A DNA stretch of 52,392 nucleotides, the filler included, from Jimgerdemannia flammicorona (lineage: Eukaryota): the NCBI GenBank assembly GCA_003990765.1. It is 2 parts of 2 records of this genome, joined end to end, with 100 filler letters (N's around TTAATTAATTAA, not from the genome) between each part and the next. Parts side by side here need not be neighbours in the genome. Positions count along the whole stretch, not along the records: positions 1 to 26,150 come from RBNJ01000756.1; 1 more part is not named here. One strand, 5' to 3'. Both the position numbers and the translations under genes were made by a program. Under the pieces are notes generated by a model. That model saw only the letters and a list, made by a program, of their open reading frames with translations, had not been told where the DNA came from and made no database searches. Shown here one piece after another: positions 10,372 to 21,696 of this stretch. The first letter of the stretch is position 1. The number at the start of each line of letters is the position of its first letter.

Positions 10372-12372
10372 AGATCCCCAGCCTGGAAGTCTTATATGAC
10401 TTCCCAGCAGCATGGTTTGGCCCCAATGTCCCCATTCCACATAGAGTAGTGGCCTCAACACCAATTGAGGATTTTGCCTTCGTGTCTTCTCTTCCTGGTT
10501 CTCACTTAAGTCAGTTTTTCATCCCTCGGTTTCAGATGTTTACTAAGGAGGGCTTTGTTACTGATATACCTCTACCTTGGCTTACCCCCAAGCTCACGTA
10601 TATGCTGAACTTTGGCCCTAAGTTTGTTCTCTCCAGGTCGGCATCAATGAACAGTACCATTGATCCAATTTCATTATCGTCGTTCCAATGGCGTCTCAAC
10701 CTTGCCACCTTCTGGACCTCTATGGGTAATCCCGACAACATCCCAGAGATCTCTGCCTGGGTGCCATCTAAATGGCGACCACTGCACTATATGGAAAATA
10801 TGCAAATTATACTCCATATGAGTACCACTTTGAATCAAGCTGTCTGACCCATGACAAATGTGTCCGGCATGCTTGTACCGAAGAAGTTCTGATGCCTTCT
10901 TAAAGGGGTCCATACTCATGATGACTTTACTGTCTGTCTTACTGACAAAAATCTGAGGTTCGCCATAATTCTGCATACCTTGTATCTTGACAGTCTTCAG
11001 TTCCTCCTTCATGATCCTGCATATGTGAATAATCTCTCTATGATTGATAACGTTAAGGAATCAGTGAGGTTAGACCTTCTTGGTCTACTTGAGTTCTGCA
11101 TCGGCGACAAGAGTTATATACTGATTTGGGAACACCTCATAGAATCCAATGATTATAAGTTACCTGTATTTCACACTTTGCCCAAGGTATACAAAGGGGT
11201 ACATATGGCATAGCGCCCTATCGTTTGTGCTTTTAACTCTCCCATGACCAAGATTTCACATTTCCTATCTCACTTTCTCCACCTGTGGTCAGCCTATTTG
11301 CACCATAATGTGGGTTACTTGTATTATTCACCTCTACGTGATACATTAGAACTGCTATAGCTAGTTTGATTGGATCACCTAGACATGTCAGATTGCAACT
11401 ACGTCACTACTGGAGATTTTGCCATCTTCTACACCAGAATCACACTAGATGAGTGCATCAACTGCCTTACCTTTTTATCAATAGTGGCCTTTCCCCTTGG
11501 CTCTTTGCCACTAGAAGCTGTTCTCGGCCTTGTCTGCATAGTCATGACACATATGACATTTATATCTGCCATCAGTTCCTTCCGCTCAGTGACTGGTATT
11601 GCTATGGGCACCAATTGTGCTCTGGATCTTGCCAATCTTGTTGGTTTTGCTCATAAATTGCATGCCTTGCAAGCACCCAATCATCTGCTCAGCCGAGCCA
11701 TTGCTGCCAGGCTAAAGTTCTACCAGTATATTGATGATCTTATTGTCTTTACACCCATGATTATGGACTTGACCTCAATCTTTGCTGCTGTATACCCTCC
11801 GCATCATCATATCAAATGGGAAGTCTTGTCTGCCAGACCATGCCATTACTTAGACCTGGAAATCCGAGTTGCACTGTTCCACACAGACCGCTTTGCCAAA
11901 TTCCCACAAAGTACTCAGTTTGTCGACTGGTTGAGCAATCATCCTAGGAAGATGCTTCATCTATGTATTGTAAATGAGGCCCACTGCCTTTCACTACTCT
12001 GCTCATCTTGCCGTGATTGGCTTAATGAGTGTTGGTCATTGGCCAAGTTCCTGGTTCACAGGAAAGGATACCCTATTGATGTTGTAACTACTCAATTGAG
12101 TTTGGTTGATTGGCTTGAGGTCTGAACTTTACTTCTCACCTCCCCTTATTTCCCACCCCCCCATCCTCCACTCCACTTTTCCTCCCCCATTACTTGTTGT
12201 CTAATACAACATGGCCCAATGGCTACATCAATAGCCCGACAAGACCCTACATACTGCTTTGCTTCGTTTTGGTTTCCCTGCAACTGCCCAATGACCAATC
12301 ATCACCTGGAAGAATGGTTTTACCATTCTTAATACCATCTCAAACACCAGCTTCACTCTAAGTCCTCCTTGA
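10368..12372 (+). pseudogene. PLE reverse transcriptase ORF2, copy 2
   Basis: LNFGPKF, TDKNL, LPKVYK, GDFAIFYTRI, GIAMGTNCALDLANL, FYQYIDDL, YLDL, SNHP, KGYP. It lies in the -1 frame relative to ORF1. Confidence 0.9.
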
Positions 12373-13102
12373 AGACCACACTGCTCATACGTGCCGTGCA
12401 ATGTTTAAAAATGTGAAAAATCGCTGGACAACCTCTGGCATGAGACTCTAGGCCTGACGCCTGTGTATCTATGCTCCATGATGTCTGTCTATCTCCACTC
12501 GCTTCGCTCGCTCCAGTGCCAAGGCTCTACTCTGCTCTGGTCACAAGGCTCTAGACCTGATACCTGCACCTTTGGGTGCTGACAATTTTTAGGGTTTTAA
12601 ACCTAAAAGTGACAATCACGTGACCACACATGATATGTCATTGGTCTAGTTCCATTTTTAGCATTGTTTATTGTTTGTATAATATTAGATCACGTGACTG
12701 GTATCTTTTCCCAATTGTTTCTATATTGGATTTTTAATGGCCCATCATGTATGTAGATCGATGAAGCCTAATTCAGACCTTTGTTTGGATCGGGGCAAGG
12801 TCCAGGTACTTATGCACCTGTCCGATTCTGGAATTCTGGGGTTAGATCCATGTCTTTGTTTACTCAAACTTTGTTCTCAATTTTGAATAAAGACCATCAC
12901 AAACTGCAGTGCCATGAGCAGGTTGCAGATCTATTGCACCTTGCTTTGGAAAACACTTTATTCCACTTCTTTGTTCCATCGTGAAAATTTACAAAAGCTT
13001 ATCATTTCCTACTGCTTGACCTTTTACTGCCAATCTTCATATCTGCCATAACAGCATCTCATCTTGCTCTAAACTATTCCTCTATTTTCTACTTGTTTTA
13101 TA

Positions 13103-13806
13103 ATATAATAGTGCTAGACATGCTATATAGTTTGAATACTTAGTTGAGGAAGATCTCAGCAATCTCTGGTGCTGTGGCAGTGGTCTTGATGGGTGCAAAA
13201 TGAGCTTGTTTGCCTAGGTGGTCTACAAATACTACAATGGCATTCCATTCTGCCTTGGTCTTGAAGAGCTAGACAATGAAGTCTATTGCAATCTGATCCT
13301 AGTTGTGACTTAGAATAGGTAGGGGTTGCAGAAGTCCTGTAGGTAGCTTGTTACTACTTTTAAACCTTTGGTATATTGTAATAGAACAAGGCGCAACAAG
13401 CGATCACATGACCCAGCAGTGATGACATCATCATATGATCAAGCATGACATATGAATAATGAATGATGTGGAAAATGACACGAAAAATGATATTTAGCTT
13501 ATCCCTAACAATCAGCACCACAGCAACAGTTGCCATAGCAGCTGATCATTGCCTAGTAATTGAGGTCCTGATCACAAAGTTGTTTTTGCCAAAAACCACC
13601 TGACAAAGGTCATGGTCACAAACCTCACTATAGTTACCAAATTAGTCACTCATATTTAGTCAGAAATTGCAGACCAACTTGTATAAATACCCCCCAGTTT
13701 TCATCCAAAATAAAGCAGTTTTAGTTCAGTCCTTGATATAAGAAATCAAGTCCCCCCCACACACATACATTCCCCTGAGTCTTAGTAATGACACCTAAGT
13801 GACTCT
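13103..13806 (+). repeat. Right copy of the ~720-bp direct duplication
   Basis: Matches 3366-4084 and continues seamlessly into the rest of the element B LTR. Confidence 0.92.
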
Positions 13807-14135
13807 AGTGTTTCTGACTAAACTCCAGAAGCCTAGCTAACTTCTGCCAGAACTGAGACCAGTATATAAATCCTGAAAGACTTAAGTAAACCCATTGAAC
13901 CTGAATTCTAAGGCAAATTCAGTCTGTGCACAGCAAAGAACAAGACCCTTGAAAGATAGGGCACACAAGAGAAAGATCTTTGAAACAGAAGGCACTACCA
14001 CTATAACTACTTATAAGCGAGCGCTTCCTTAACTGAAGGCTTCTTGGTATACATCATGTACTAAGTCTCTAAGTAATAGTCTACTTCCCTAATTATCCAA
14101 TGGATAAGAGAGGGGTAGAAGTGAGAGTTATTACA
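13377..14135 (+). repeat. 5' LTR of element B
   Basis: Runs TGTAATAG...GTTATTACA with terminal inverted repeat TGTAATA/TATTACA. TATA-like TATATAAA near 13863. Confidence 0.93.
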
Positions 14136-14138
14136 ACT

Positions 14139-14150
14139 TGGTAGCAGCAG
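14139..14150 (+). promoter_or_regulatory. Primer-binding site, probably for initiator tRNA-Met
   Basis: TGGTAGCAGCAG lies 3 nt (ACT) after the LTR end. TGGTAGC is complementary to the 3' end of tRNA-iMet, as in Ty1/Ty3. Confidence 0.7.
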
Positions 14151-14221
14151 ATTACCAGCCAAGAAGATACTAAAGAACACACTCCTGAAGTTGGAACAAT
14201 ACCAACCTTGGACAGGAGTAA

Positions 14222-16665
14222 ACCCCAGAACCAACTGTGGATCCTCAAACCAGAGCCAGAGAAGCCCTTGCCATTAGGACCAGGTGATACCAGGAAACAA
14301 CAGACCCAAGGACCCACCAGCTTGTAATTGACCAGGCTTATAAGGATCTATACCAGGCCTTTAGGACTTACCACCCAGGACTTAGGAATATTGTCAGCCA
14401 CCATAGGTTCTATGAACTCCTCCGAGGACACATTGGAACCACTAGGACCCCAGAATCCACTGCTGCAGCCACCCAGGATTTTTTAGATTATATCTCACCC
14501 CCTGCTGCAAGAGAAGCAGCTGCTGAGTGGATTACCTCTGACAGATATCACTATACCCCTACCAAGACCTCCCTCTACTATAGGCTAGTTGTATACTATG
14601 CCTCTGCCATAACCAGGTACGAGAATGAGCAAGCAGGCCAACTATCCCCTACTGCTGAACAAGAAGCAGGCCCATCTACTTAGCCAGAAACTGATATCCT
14701 CTTTGAAGGACCTAGTCAGTATGAGGACACACTATCTCATCAGAGAAGGGAGTCAGATGAAGACTCTATAGGATACCAGTCTGATGATAGTCAACAAAGA
14801 ACAGCAGGTCTAAGAATTTACCAAAGAACTACAGGTTAAGAAGATCAGACCCCAGAACTAACCCAGCCACCAATACAGAGGTTTGGTTTACCCTCCCTCA
14901 TAGGACTCTTTGATCTGATATCTGAGAATCAAGTAACCTCAAGTCATACAGCACTATAACCCCATCAAGCAGAACAATCTTCAGGAGAATCTACCCCAAC
15001 AGGCCCACCACCAAAAGTCAACACAATGGTAGATGTCAACATTGCAGCACTGACTACCCAGCTAGCAGCACTAGCAGAGATAGTAGGACAGATTGCTGAA
15101 CAGAACAAACCAACCAAGACCTTATGAATTCCAACATTCAGTGGAAAGAACAGTGACATTGAAAACCTCATCAATGTAGTTGATACAGGCTACTGAGCAA
15201 ACCAATGGAATGACAACTAAGTGTCTATAGGAATGCTCACCAACAACCAGAATAGCACCCTTCAACAGCTGTTTGCCATATCAGCAGCACAAGTGGAAAC
15301 AGTAGCCACATTCTTCACTGGAACAGCAGCCAAATTTTGGCAAACCTTGGAACAACACCCAGTAACCTGGGAAGACCACCCTCAAGTCAATGGACAAGTA
15401 TCTGCCAACAATAGACTAGGTTGGGATGACTATGAAGCAGGCCCAGGACTCAAGACCTTGCTACTGACTAAATTCCAAAATGCAGCCTATATACAAGAAA
15501 CTTGGAACAAACTGTCTCAGATGAAGTTCTACAAGAGCAGTGAGGAGGATCTAGAGACCTTTGCCACCAGAATAGATGCCTATCTCAAAACCATTGGACT
15601 TACCTATCAGGAGAACAACTTGGCCATCAATGATACTAGAGCCAACCATCTTTTTGCAGCCCTACAAGACTGGCTCACCCAGAAGATCAAGGAACAAGGT
15701 CTTCCCCAAGGATGTCCCCACTACTCATGGTACTTTGCCCAAGTACAAAGAAGAGCTGGTGAAATCCTTGCTGTACAGGCCCCACGAAATCAAGAATACA
15801 AAAAGGATAACCAAGATAGAAGGAATCCTACCAGGAGAAATGACCAAAGGAAGGACCAAAGATATGATCAAAGGAATGATCAAAGGAACCAGTGAAACCC
15901 CAGAGGACCCAGAGCTCTCACCAAGGATGAAAAGAAGCAGCTCTGCAAAAAGGGATTGTGCTTCATCTGCAAGAAGACAGGACACATCTCAGTCAAATGC
16001 CCTGAGAAGAGAAACAGATCAGGCAAACCCAGTAACCAGAACATTACTGTTATTGGAGAAGGCACAGAGAAGAAGAACTCTGAGAATATCATCAAAGTAT
16101 AGAAGATATAGTACAAGGCTACCATCCCCACTAAGGCCCACTCAACTGATGCTGGATATGACCTCTACAGCAGTCAAGATCTCACCATTCCACCAAGTAC
16201 CAATGCTACAGTGTGAACAGGAATTGCAATGCAAGCTCCCAAAGAAACATACATCTGCCTTGCTGAGTAAAGCAGCCTAGCCAAAGAATTCAACATTGGG
16301 CTAGGAGGAGGAGTAGTTGACCAAGGATTTACTGGTGAAATCCATGTCATCTTGCGAAATTTTGGAGATACATTATTTGAAGTCAAAGTAGGCCAAAGAA
16401 TTGCCCAGACAATTATTGAAGAAATCTGTCAAGATCTCACCATTGAAGAAGTCCCTGAACTCTCCCAGATAGATCATGGCAAGAAAGGGTTTGGATCTAC
16501 CAACAAACCTCCTAGTCAAAAGGTCACTACTATGAAGGAAGATGATGAAAACTGGTATAAGAGAATTGCAGATGGTTATGTACTATGTGGACAATGCCCT
16601 CATTCTATCTGAATGTACTACATGGAATATATTGGTAAATGCCATACATGCCTCTCCAAAGTTTT
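14222..16665 (+). pseudogene. gag: Element B ORF1: long N-terminal extension, Gag (IPTFSG, CCHC knuckle), dUTPase, CPH mini-domain
   Basis: One frame throughout, with scattered C-to-T type stops. Knuckle LCFICKKTGHISVKC at about 15956-16000. dUTPase motifs DAGYDL, SSLA, GVVDQGFTGEI, RIAQ, GKKGFGST at about 16090-16502. Confidence 0.85.
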
Positions 16666-16669
16666 CTGA

Positions 16670-19600
16670 GAAATGCCAAGTCCAACAGACTGAGGAACCC
16701 AAACAAGACAACCCTCCTTGTGAAGGATGGAGAGAAACTGACTTTGAGGAGACTGATAGCAATTGGGACAATAATGAGAATGAAGAGCTCAACACCATCA
16801 AGAAGGAGGACAGTTGCATTAAGTTTACAGGTCAAGTCCACAGACAGAATATCAATGTCTTGCTTGATAGTGATACTACTGAAAACTATATCAGCACCAA
16901 GACTGCCAAGAGGATTGGAGCCCAAAGCAGACCAGCCACCAAGAAAAGAAGTGTTATCTTTAGTGATGGAAAAACTGCACCATTGAACAAGATCTGCAAG
17001 GATCTCTTGCTCAAGATTGGCAAATATCAAGAGAAGTTGGACCTCAGCATTGTAGACCTCCCAGGACAAGATATTATTCTAGGAAAAGCCTGGTTGACCC
17101 AGTATAACCCAGACATCAACTGGAGAACCAACGAGATTAACCTGACCCATGAAGGCAGAAAGATCACCCTGATACCCCAGAAAGGTACCAATTACCAAGG
17201 AATTGAAATCATCTCCACCATTCAAATGAAGAGACTCTCTCGAAAAAAGAGAAACACCTATTTCATCTGTACAGTACAAGAAGTCACTGAAGCTACAAGT
17301 AGCCCAATTCCAACAGAAGCTCAAGAACTGTTTAAAGAATTCCAAGATGTATTCCAAGACCCCTAAGGACTTCCACTCAAGTATCAAATCCAATATGGGA
17401 TTGATCTTATTCCAGGATCTGAACCCCCATATAAGAGTATCTATCAACTGGCCCAACCTGAGCTCAAGACCCTCAAGGATGAGTTGACCAAACTACTGGC
17501 CCAAGGATATATTGAACCCAGCTGCTCTCCATTTGGAGCCCCTATTCTATTTGTCAAGAAGAAGGATGGTTCTCTGCAAATGTGTATTGACTACAGAGCC
17601 CTCAACAAGATCATCATCAAGAACCGATATGTCTTGCCCAGGATTGATGAGTTACTACACCAAATCTTCAAGGCCAAGACCTTTTCTCTACTGGACTTGC
17701 AAAATGGCTACCACCAGATTCTCATTGATGAGAAGAACATTGAGAAGACAGCTTTCCAAATACAGTTTGGACACTACCAGTTCCAGGTCATGCCTTTTGG
17801 ATTGACCAATGCACCAGCAACATTCCAGTACCTGATGAACGACATCTTTAGACCACTTCTCAATATCTGTGTCCTTGTATATATTGATGATATACTAATC
17901 TACAGCAAAACAGTAGAGCTACACTACTACACCCATCTCAGACAAGTACTGACCCTCCTGTGAGAACACCAGCTCTATGCCAAGATGAGCAAATGCAAGT
18001 TCTATCAAGACCAGATTGAGTATCTAGGACACATTATCTCTGCTGAAGGTATCAATGTAGACCCCCGAAAGGTATCAGCCCTTAAGGATATTCCTATTCC
18101 CACTACCCTCAAGCTACTCCAGCACTTTCTGGGTATTGCCAGTTACTACTGAAGGTTTATCCAAGAATACTCTGCTATTGCAGCTCTATTGACCAGCCTG
18201 GCCCGCAAAGAAGTGAACATCAAAACTGAATGGACCCCTGAATACACCCTAGCTATAGACTATCTCAAGAGACTCCTTACTGAGGCCCCAGTGCTAATTG
18301 CACCTGACCCCACCAGGCTATTCATGCTGACCACAGATGCCTCTGACATTGCTATTGGAGCAGTGCTCAGCCAAGAAGACCACCTAGTGGCCTACCTTTC
18401 CCAAAAGCTCAAGCCAGCTGAGACCTGGTACACTACCCATGAGAAGAAACTCCTGGCCATTGTTATTGCATTTCAAGAATAGCACCACTTCCTCCTAGGA
18501 CAACCATTTGTAGCCTACACTGATCACTATGCCCTGCAGTATATTCATACATAGCCCATGCTAACCCACAGACAAGCCCGCTGGATGGAAATCATTGCCA
18601 ACTTTGATATGGAAATCAAGTATATCTCAGGCAAAACCAACTGTGTGGCTGATGGTTTCTCCAGATACATAGAAGATGAACTTGTCTTCATGGTCAAAAT
18701 AATTGGAGATCTGACCGAGATGATCAAGGATGGCTACAGCAGGACAGCCCCCTGACGAAATTTCTCCAATTCTGCCAAGACCCAGAAGCCGAGATCCCAG
18801 AACTCATGAGTCAAATGTCCAAGAGATTCACTTACCGTGATGGACTTATCTACAGAGACTATGATAGAGTAGTTGTACCCAACAATGATACTCTGTGACT
18901 CAAGATCATGCAGGAACTCCATGATACCCCTACAGCAGGACACTTTGGTTTCAAAAAGATCTATAACCTCCTCTCAAGAGAGTTCTACTGGCCAAAGATG
19001 ACTAAGGACATCAAAGACTTTGTGGCTTCTTGTGAGATATGTCAAAGGTTCAAAAGTGGTAATAAGCTACCAGCAGGACTCTTACAACCCTTGCCTATCC
19101 TAAGTCACAACTGGGATCAGATTGCAATGGACTTTATTGTCCAACTCCCCAAGACCAAGGCAGGATGGGATGCTATTGTAGTATTCATGGACTGCCTAAG
19201 CAAACAAGCCCACTTTGCACCCACCAAGACCACCACTACAGTACCAGAGATTGCTGAGATTTTTCTCAATCAAGTATTCAGGCTACATGGCATGCTTAGT
19301 ACTATTATATCTGACTGAGATACCAAGTTTACAAGTAACTTCTGGAAGGCATTCTTCTCTCTCCATGGAACTAAGCTGAAGTTCTCTACTGCCTACCACC
19401 CTCAGACTGATGGCCAAACCAAGCAAACCAATAGGACTCTCAAACAGATGCTTAGCATCTTCTGCTGTTACAAGCAAAATGATTGAGACAAGTATCTAGC
19501 CTATGCCGAGTTTGCCTACAACAACAGTCAGCAAACCTCTACAAAGAAGACTCCATTCTTCCTGAACCATGGTCAACACCCAAGGACCCTGAGTACTACT

Positions 19601-20209
19601 GTGAAATCAGCAGTCCCAGTAGTCCAAGATCTGGCCAAGACCATTTCTGACCTTACCTGAATGACAAGAGACACTCTTATAGAAGCACAAGACTACCTGA
19701 CCAAGTATGCAAACTTGAAGCAAAGAGAAGCCTCCTACAATATTGGTGACATGGTTATGCTTAGAACAGACCACCTCCACCCAGATACCCTAGCACAACA
19801 ACCAGCCAAGAAACTCTGTGCTAGAAGAATTGGACCATATAAGATTGTGGAAAAAATCAGTGAAGTCAACTACAAGTTGCAACTTCCCCACAATATCTGA
19901 GTATACCCAGTATTCCATATCAGCCAACTAGTGGACTACTATGAGAACCTATTCCCTGAGAATACAGTCCCACCACCACCCCCAATTAGGATCAATGATC
20001 ATGAGGAATTTGAAATTGAGGAAGTACTTGACCACAAGGTCCACAAACATCCCAAAACAGTCAAGTGGTTTTTCCTGATCAAGTGAAAGGGTTACCCCAC
20101 CCATGACACCACCTGGGAAAAAGAAGAAGCTCTGAAGAATACACATGAAGCCCTCCAGGACTACATGGAAACACTCACACTCCAGCAAAGGAAGGAACTA
20201 CAGCTCTAA
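16670..20209 (+). pseudogene. pol: Element B pol: aspartic protease, RT, RNase H, integrase, chromodomain
   Basis: VLLDSD (DSG mutated), SPFGAPILFVKKKDGSLQMCIDYRALN, VMPFGLTNAPATFQ, VYIDD, TDASDIAIGAVL, HHCC (HDTPTAGH...CEIC), MDFI, IGPY, EFEIEEVLDH. Confidence 0.93.
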
Positions 20210-20857
20210 AGAATTGAAGCACATAGTGAGCAGAAGGATACTACATATCTTATCTCAAATATATTATACCAAACATTGCAGCAAAAAGGAACACTATGGA
20301 TAACTAACAAGAGGATGCTCTAGCAAAAGGACAATCTAGTACAGTACAGCAAAATGCATTTGAACAACTCTATTTCATGCCATCTGTATCATCTCCACTG
20401 GATGATGACAGATACTTCATATGGAACTTAGGAAAGCTGACAATGTCAAAACTAGTCTAAGTCTATCCACGTGACAGATATTGTTACTAGGAATTGCCTC
20501 AGATTATAAAAAAAGTCTATTTCCAAGAGGTTTGAACCCCCAGCCACAATAATGGGAGCCCTTGCCCTAGAAAAGGATGGCCAGTCCTCACAAATGTGCC
20601 AACTAGACAAAAAAAAAGAGGACTAAGACCTGTTAACCCTGTGTAACCACAACTACAAGTGATGATACCTTTGGAAATCAGAATTTTCTCATGTAACCAA
20701 CACATGCCCCACTTATAGCAACAGGTCACACATTTTGCAGAAAAGCATAACTGAAAGAAGATCACACTAGATAGGTGAACAAGTATAAATACCCAAGGCA
20801 AGAATATCCCACAACTCTTATCCCTCTTGCCTTACAAAGAAAAAGAACAAGACAAGA

Positions 20858-21685
20858 ATGCCTGCTACCCACTACCAAACTGCCCACTATAGCCAGCCCC
20901 TCCCAAGCCAGGTTGACCACCTCTTTGGATACATCCAGGTTGCTATCCAAGGAAGGAACCACCACTCAGAGGCCCTTAACCTCTCTAGCCCGGACCCAGG
21001 ACAATATGTTCTTGACTGCTATGAACTCATCGAAAGAGCCTACCTTGCTACCAGCCACCTAGAGATCTGGCATTAATATGAGATTGGCCATCAACTCCTC
21101 TAATGGGCAAAGGACCTGTCCACTGACTAAGTCTCTGACTGGACCCACCTGGACAGACATGAGCAAAGACTTGCTAAGAAGGTCTATCAAATCATGTACC
21201 ATGCACCCTTTGCAATCCCCAACCTCAACTATGTCCAACTGAAGGATTTCCAGAACCTCTCTTTTCCTGAGGTTGACAAACTAGAGATCAAGGTAGCCCA
21301 AGAAGCCAACTTCTGGATTTCTCTCAAGTCTACTGACTGCAAACCCTACTAGAGCCCCCTCCTGAATGATAACCCAGATCAATGGCTCTAAGGCCTTTCC
21401 GACCTCTTTGAAGGACCCTCTATCCGAATGGATATCCTCAGGCATGAGGATCAAGAACCCTACTTGGATGGTCTCAACTGCATCAGATAGAGAACCCCTA
21501 CACCAGTACCTATTTCAATGCAAGAACCATTTACAGACCTCATTGACTTCTCCACCCTGGAAAGCGAGCCATCAGCAACCACCCCCCCTGCCACTGAAGA
21601 AGATGGCAACAACCCTGAGGAAGATTCTCCACCTTTCTCTCTCTTGGTTCTCAATTTCCGAATCAACGAGAATGTTGATTTCTAA
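20858..21685 (+). pseudogene. Element B extra ORF3 (~275 aa, unknown function) between pol and the 3' LTR
   Basis: The ATG at 20858 and TAA at 21683-21685 are in one frame with a few in-frame stops. The C-terminus (QEPFTDLIDF...LVLNFRINENVDF) is shared with element A ORF 1011-1268. Confidence 0.7.
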
Positions 21686-21696
21686 GGAGAGAAGGA

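Larger units (their letters stand above)
8693..13101 (+). mobile_element. Penelope-like retroelement, endonuclease-deficient, copy 2 (R, ORF1, RT, H+R), head-to-head with copy 1
   Basis: Reverse complement of 4101-8512 along its whole length. Direct repeats R at 8693-9200 and about 12594-13101. No poly(A) tail. Confidence 0.9.

Noticed and set aside
4085..13101. Palindrome as an amplification or assembly fold-back artefact
   Set aside because: The arms differ at many positions, mostly independent C/T and G/A changes, so they are not technical copies of one molecule.
4085..13101. DIRS/Ngaro tyrosine-recombinase element or giant TIR transposon
   Set aside because: No recombinase, RNase H or transposase motifs were seen, and the RT motifs are PLE-type.
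12403..13101. Hammerhead ribozyme in the PLE pseudo-LTR
   Set aside because: No CTGAnGA...GAAA core found by eye. The CTGA(C/T)GCC motifs lack the rest of the core, although decay could hide one.
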